A DNA stretch of 61,775 nucleotides, counting the filler. It is 3 parts of 3 records of this genome, joined end to end, with 100 filler letters (N's around TTAATTAATTAA, not from the genome) between each part and the next. Parts side by side here need not be neighbours in the genome. Positions count along the whole stretch, not along the records: positions 51,796 to 61,775 come from DRR378314_375; 2 more parts are not named here. The stretch is one strand, 5' to 3'. Made by a program: the position numbers and the translations under genes. The notes below the pieces were generated by a model. That model was not told the origin of the DNA, made no database searches, and saw only the letters and a list, made by a program, of their open reading frames with translations. Below are positions 61,055 through 61,775 of this stretch, in pieces (position 1 is the stretch's first letter; each line of letters opens with the position of its first letter).

Positions 61055-61775
61055 GTGCGTCCGTTCCCGGCAAAGCGTGCCGCGCCCGACCAGCTGCTCC
61101 CGCGGTGCACCATCATCGTTCGGGTAACTCCTTCACCATGTTCCCACGTCGTGTAGGTGACGAAACCCTGCAGTATCGAGTCACCCTATAGGAGAAATAG
61201 CAATATATCGGACGGCTTGCCCAGAACGCCGCATCGCCGATTATCGTTTTTGCCACCACATTGTATCCCCGGGCCCACTTGAACGACTGTTTTCTGGGGG
61301 TTTTGCCTTGGCGTGCAGCGGCGCCGATGCTGCATAAAAACGCGACATCTCGCAAGCGCTGTGCTGCGCCTCGCTCTGTCCCCTTACCCCCTCCACGCAT
61401 GGATCACTTGTCTGGTGAATCCTTGCATTTCCGACTATGCGATATATAACATCTACTTGCGTGGTTCGCATATGTGGCCCTTTGGAAAGCGCTTAGTTTG
61501 CCGCACCTCCTGCGTGCAACGTACAACGTATGCGCTGGCGTTGTGCGCCCACGTCGTCTGGGAGCCGCGAGCCAAGTGCGAGTCCCCTGCACGCGCTGCG
61601 CTTGCCAAGTAAGCGATCTGATCCGCATCCTACTCTTCGTTTTCGCGGTACAATCGTCACCTCCATCACAGGAAATACAACAAACTTTCTCTCGCTGATG
61701 GATTTTCTTTTTCTCCTATTTTACGCGATTGGTTTGTTTGCGAGCGGCCGACTGGCGGACAGATACTCGCTCCGA

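Noticed and set aside
1-61775. CRISPR arrays, tRNA/rRNA genes, transposase or integrase genes
   Set aside because: None were recognised by eye; no spaced direct-repeat array or recombinase motifs were seen.

Overview
The window is three separate contigs joined by artificial N-TTAATTAATTAA-N spacers (31471-31570, 51696-51795). Contig 1 (1-31470) is a GC-rich aryl-capped NRPS siderophore locus. It holds isochorismate synthase, TetR, a 10-gene minus-strand biosynthetic operon, and a divergent TonB-dependent receptor/periplasmic binding protein/SIP operon. Its first 30 bp are the exact reverse complement of its last 30 bp, which suggests a composite-transposon-like cassette. The assembly line is unusual: a salicyl-AMP ligase; a stand-alone Thr A domain; an ArCP-Cy-(A remnant)-PCP protein; a stand-alone C domain; a beta-alanine-type C-A-T-(dead E) module; and a C-(dead E)-C-A-T-reductase terminal protein. 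A PLP Orn/Lys/Arg-type decarboxylase and an ornithine N-monooxygenase are also encoded. The salicylate synthase homolog has lost its general-acid Glu (SPE to SPG), while a separate intact isochorismate synthase is present. Contig 2 (31571-51695) is ordinary Rhodobacteraceae-like core genome: recQ, yaaA, hybrid kinase, alpha-2-macroglobulin/pbpC, DUF1007 plus Ni/Co transporter, and a MoxR/DUF58/BatA operon. Contig 3 (51796-61775) is eukaryotic DNA with GT-AG introns: an LRR gene, an unknown multi-exon gene, and the first exon of an SLC37-like MFS transporter. All assignments come from reading motifs by eye; no database searches were run.
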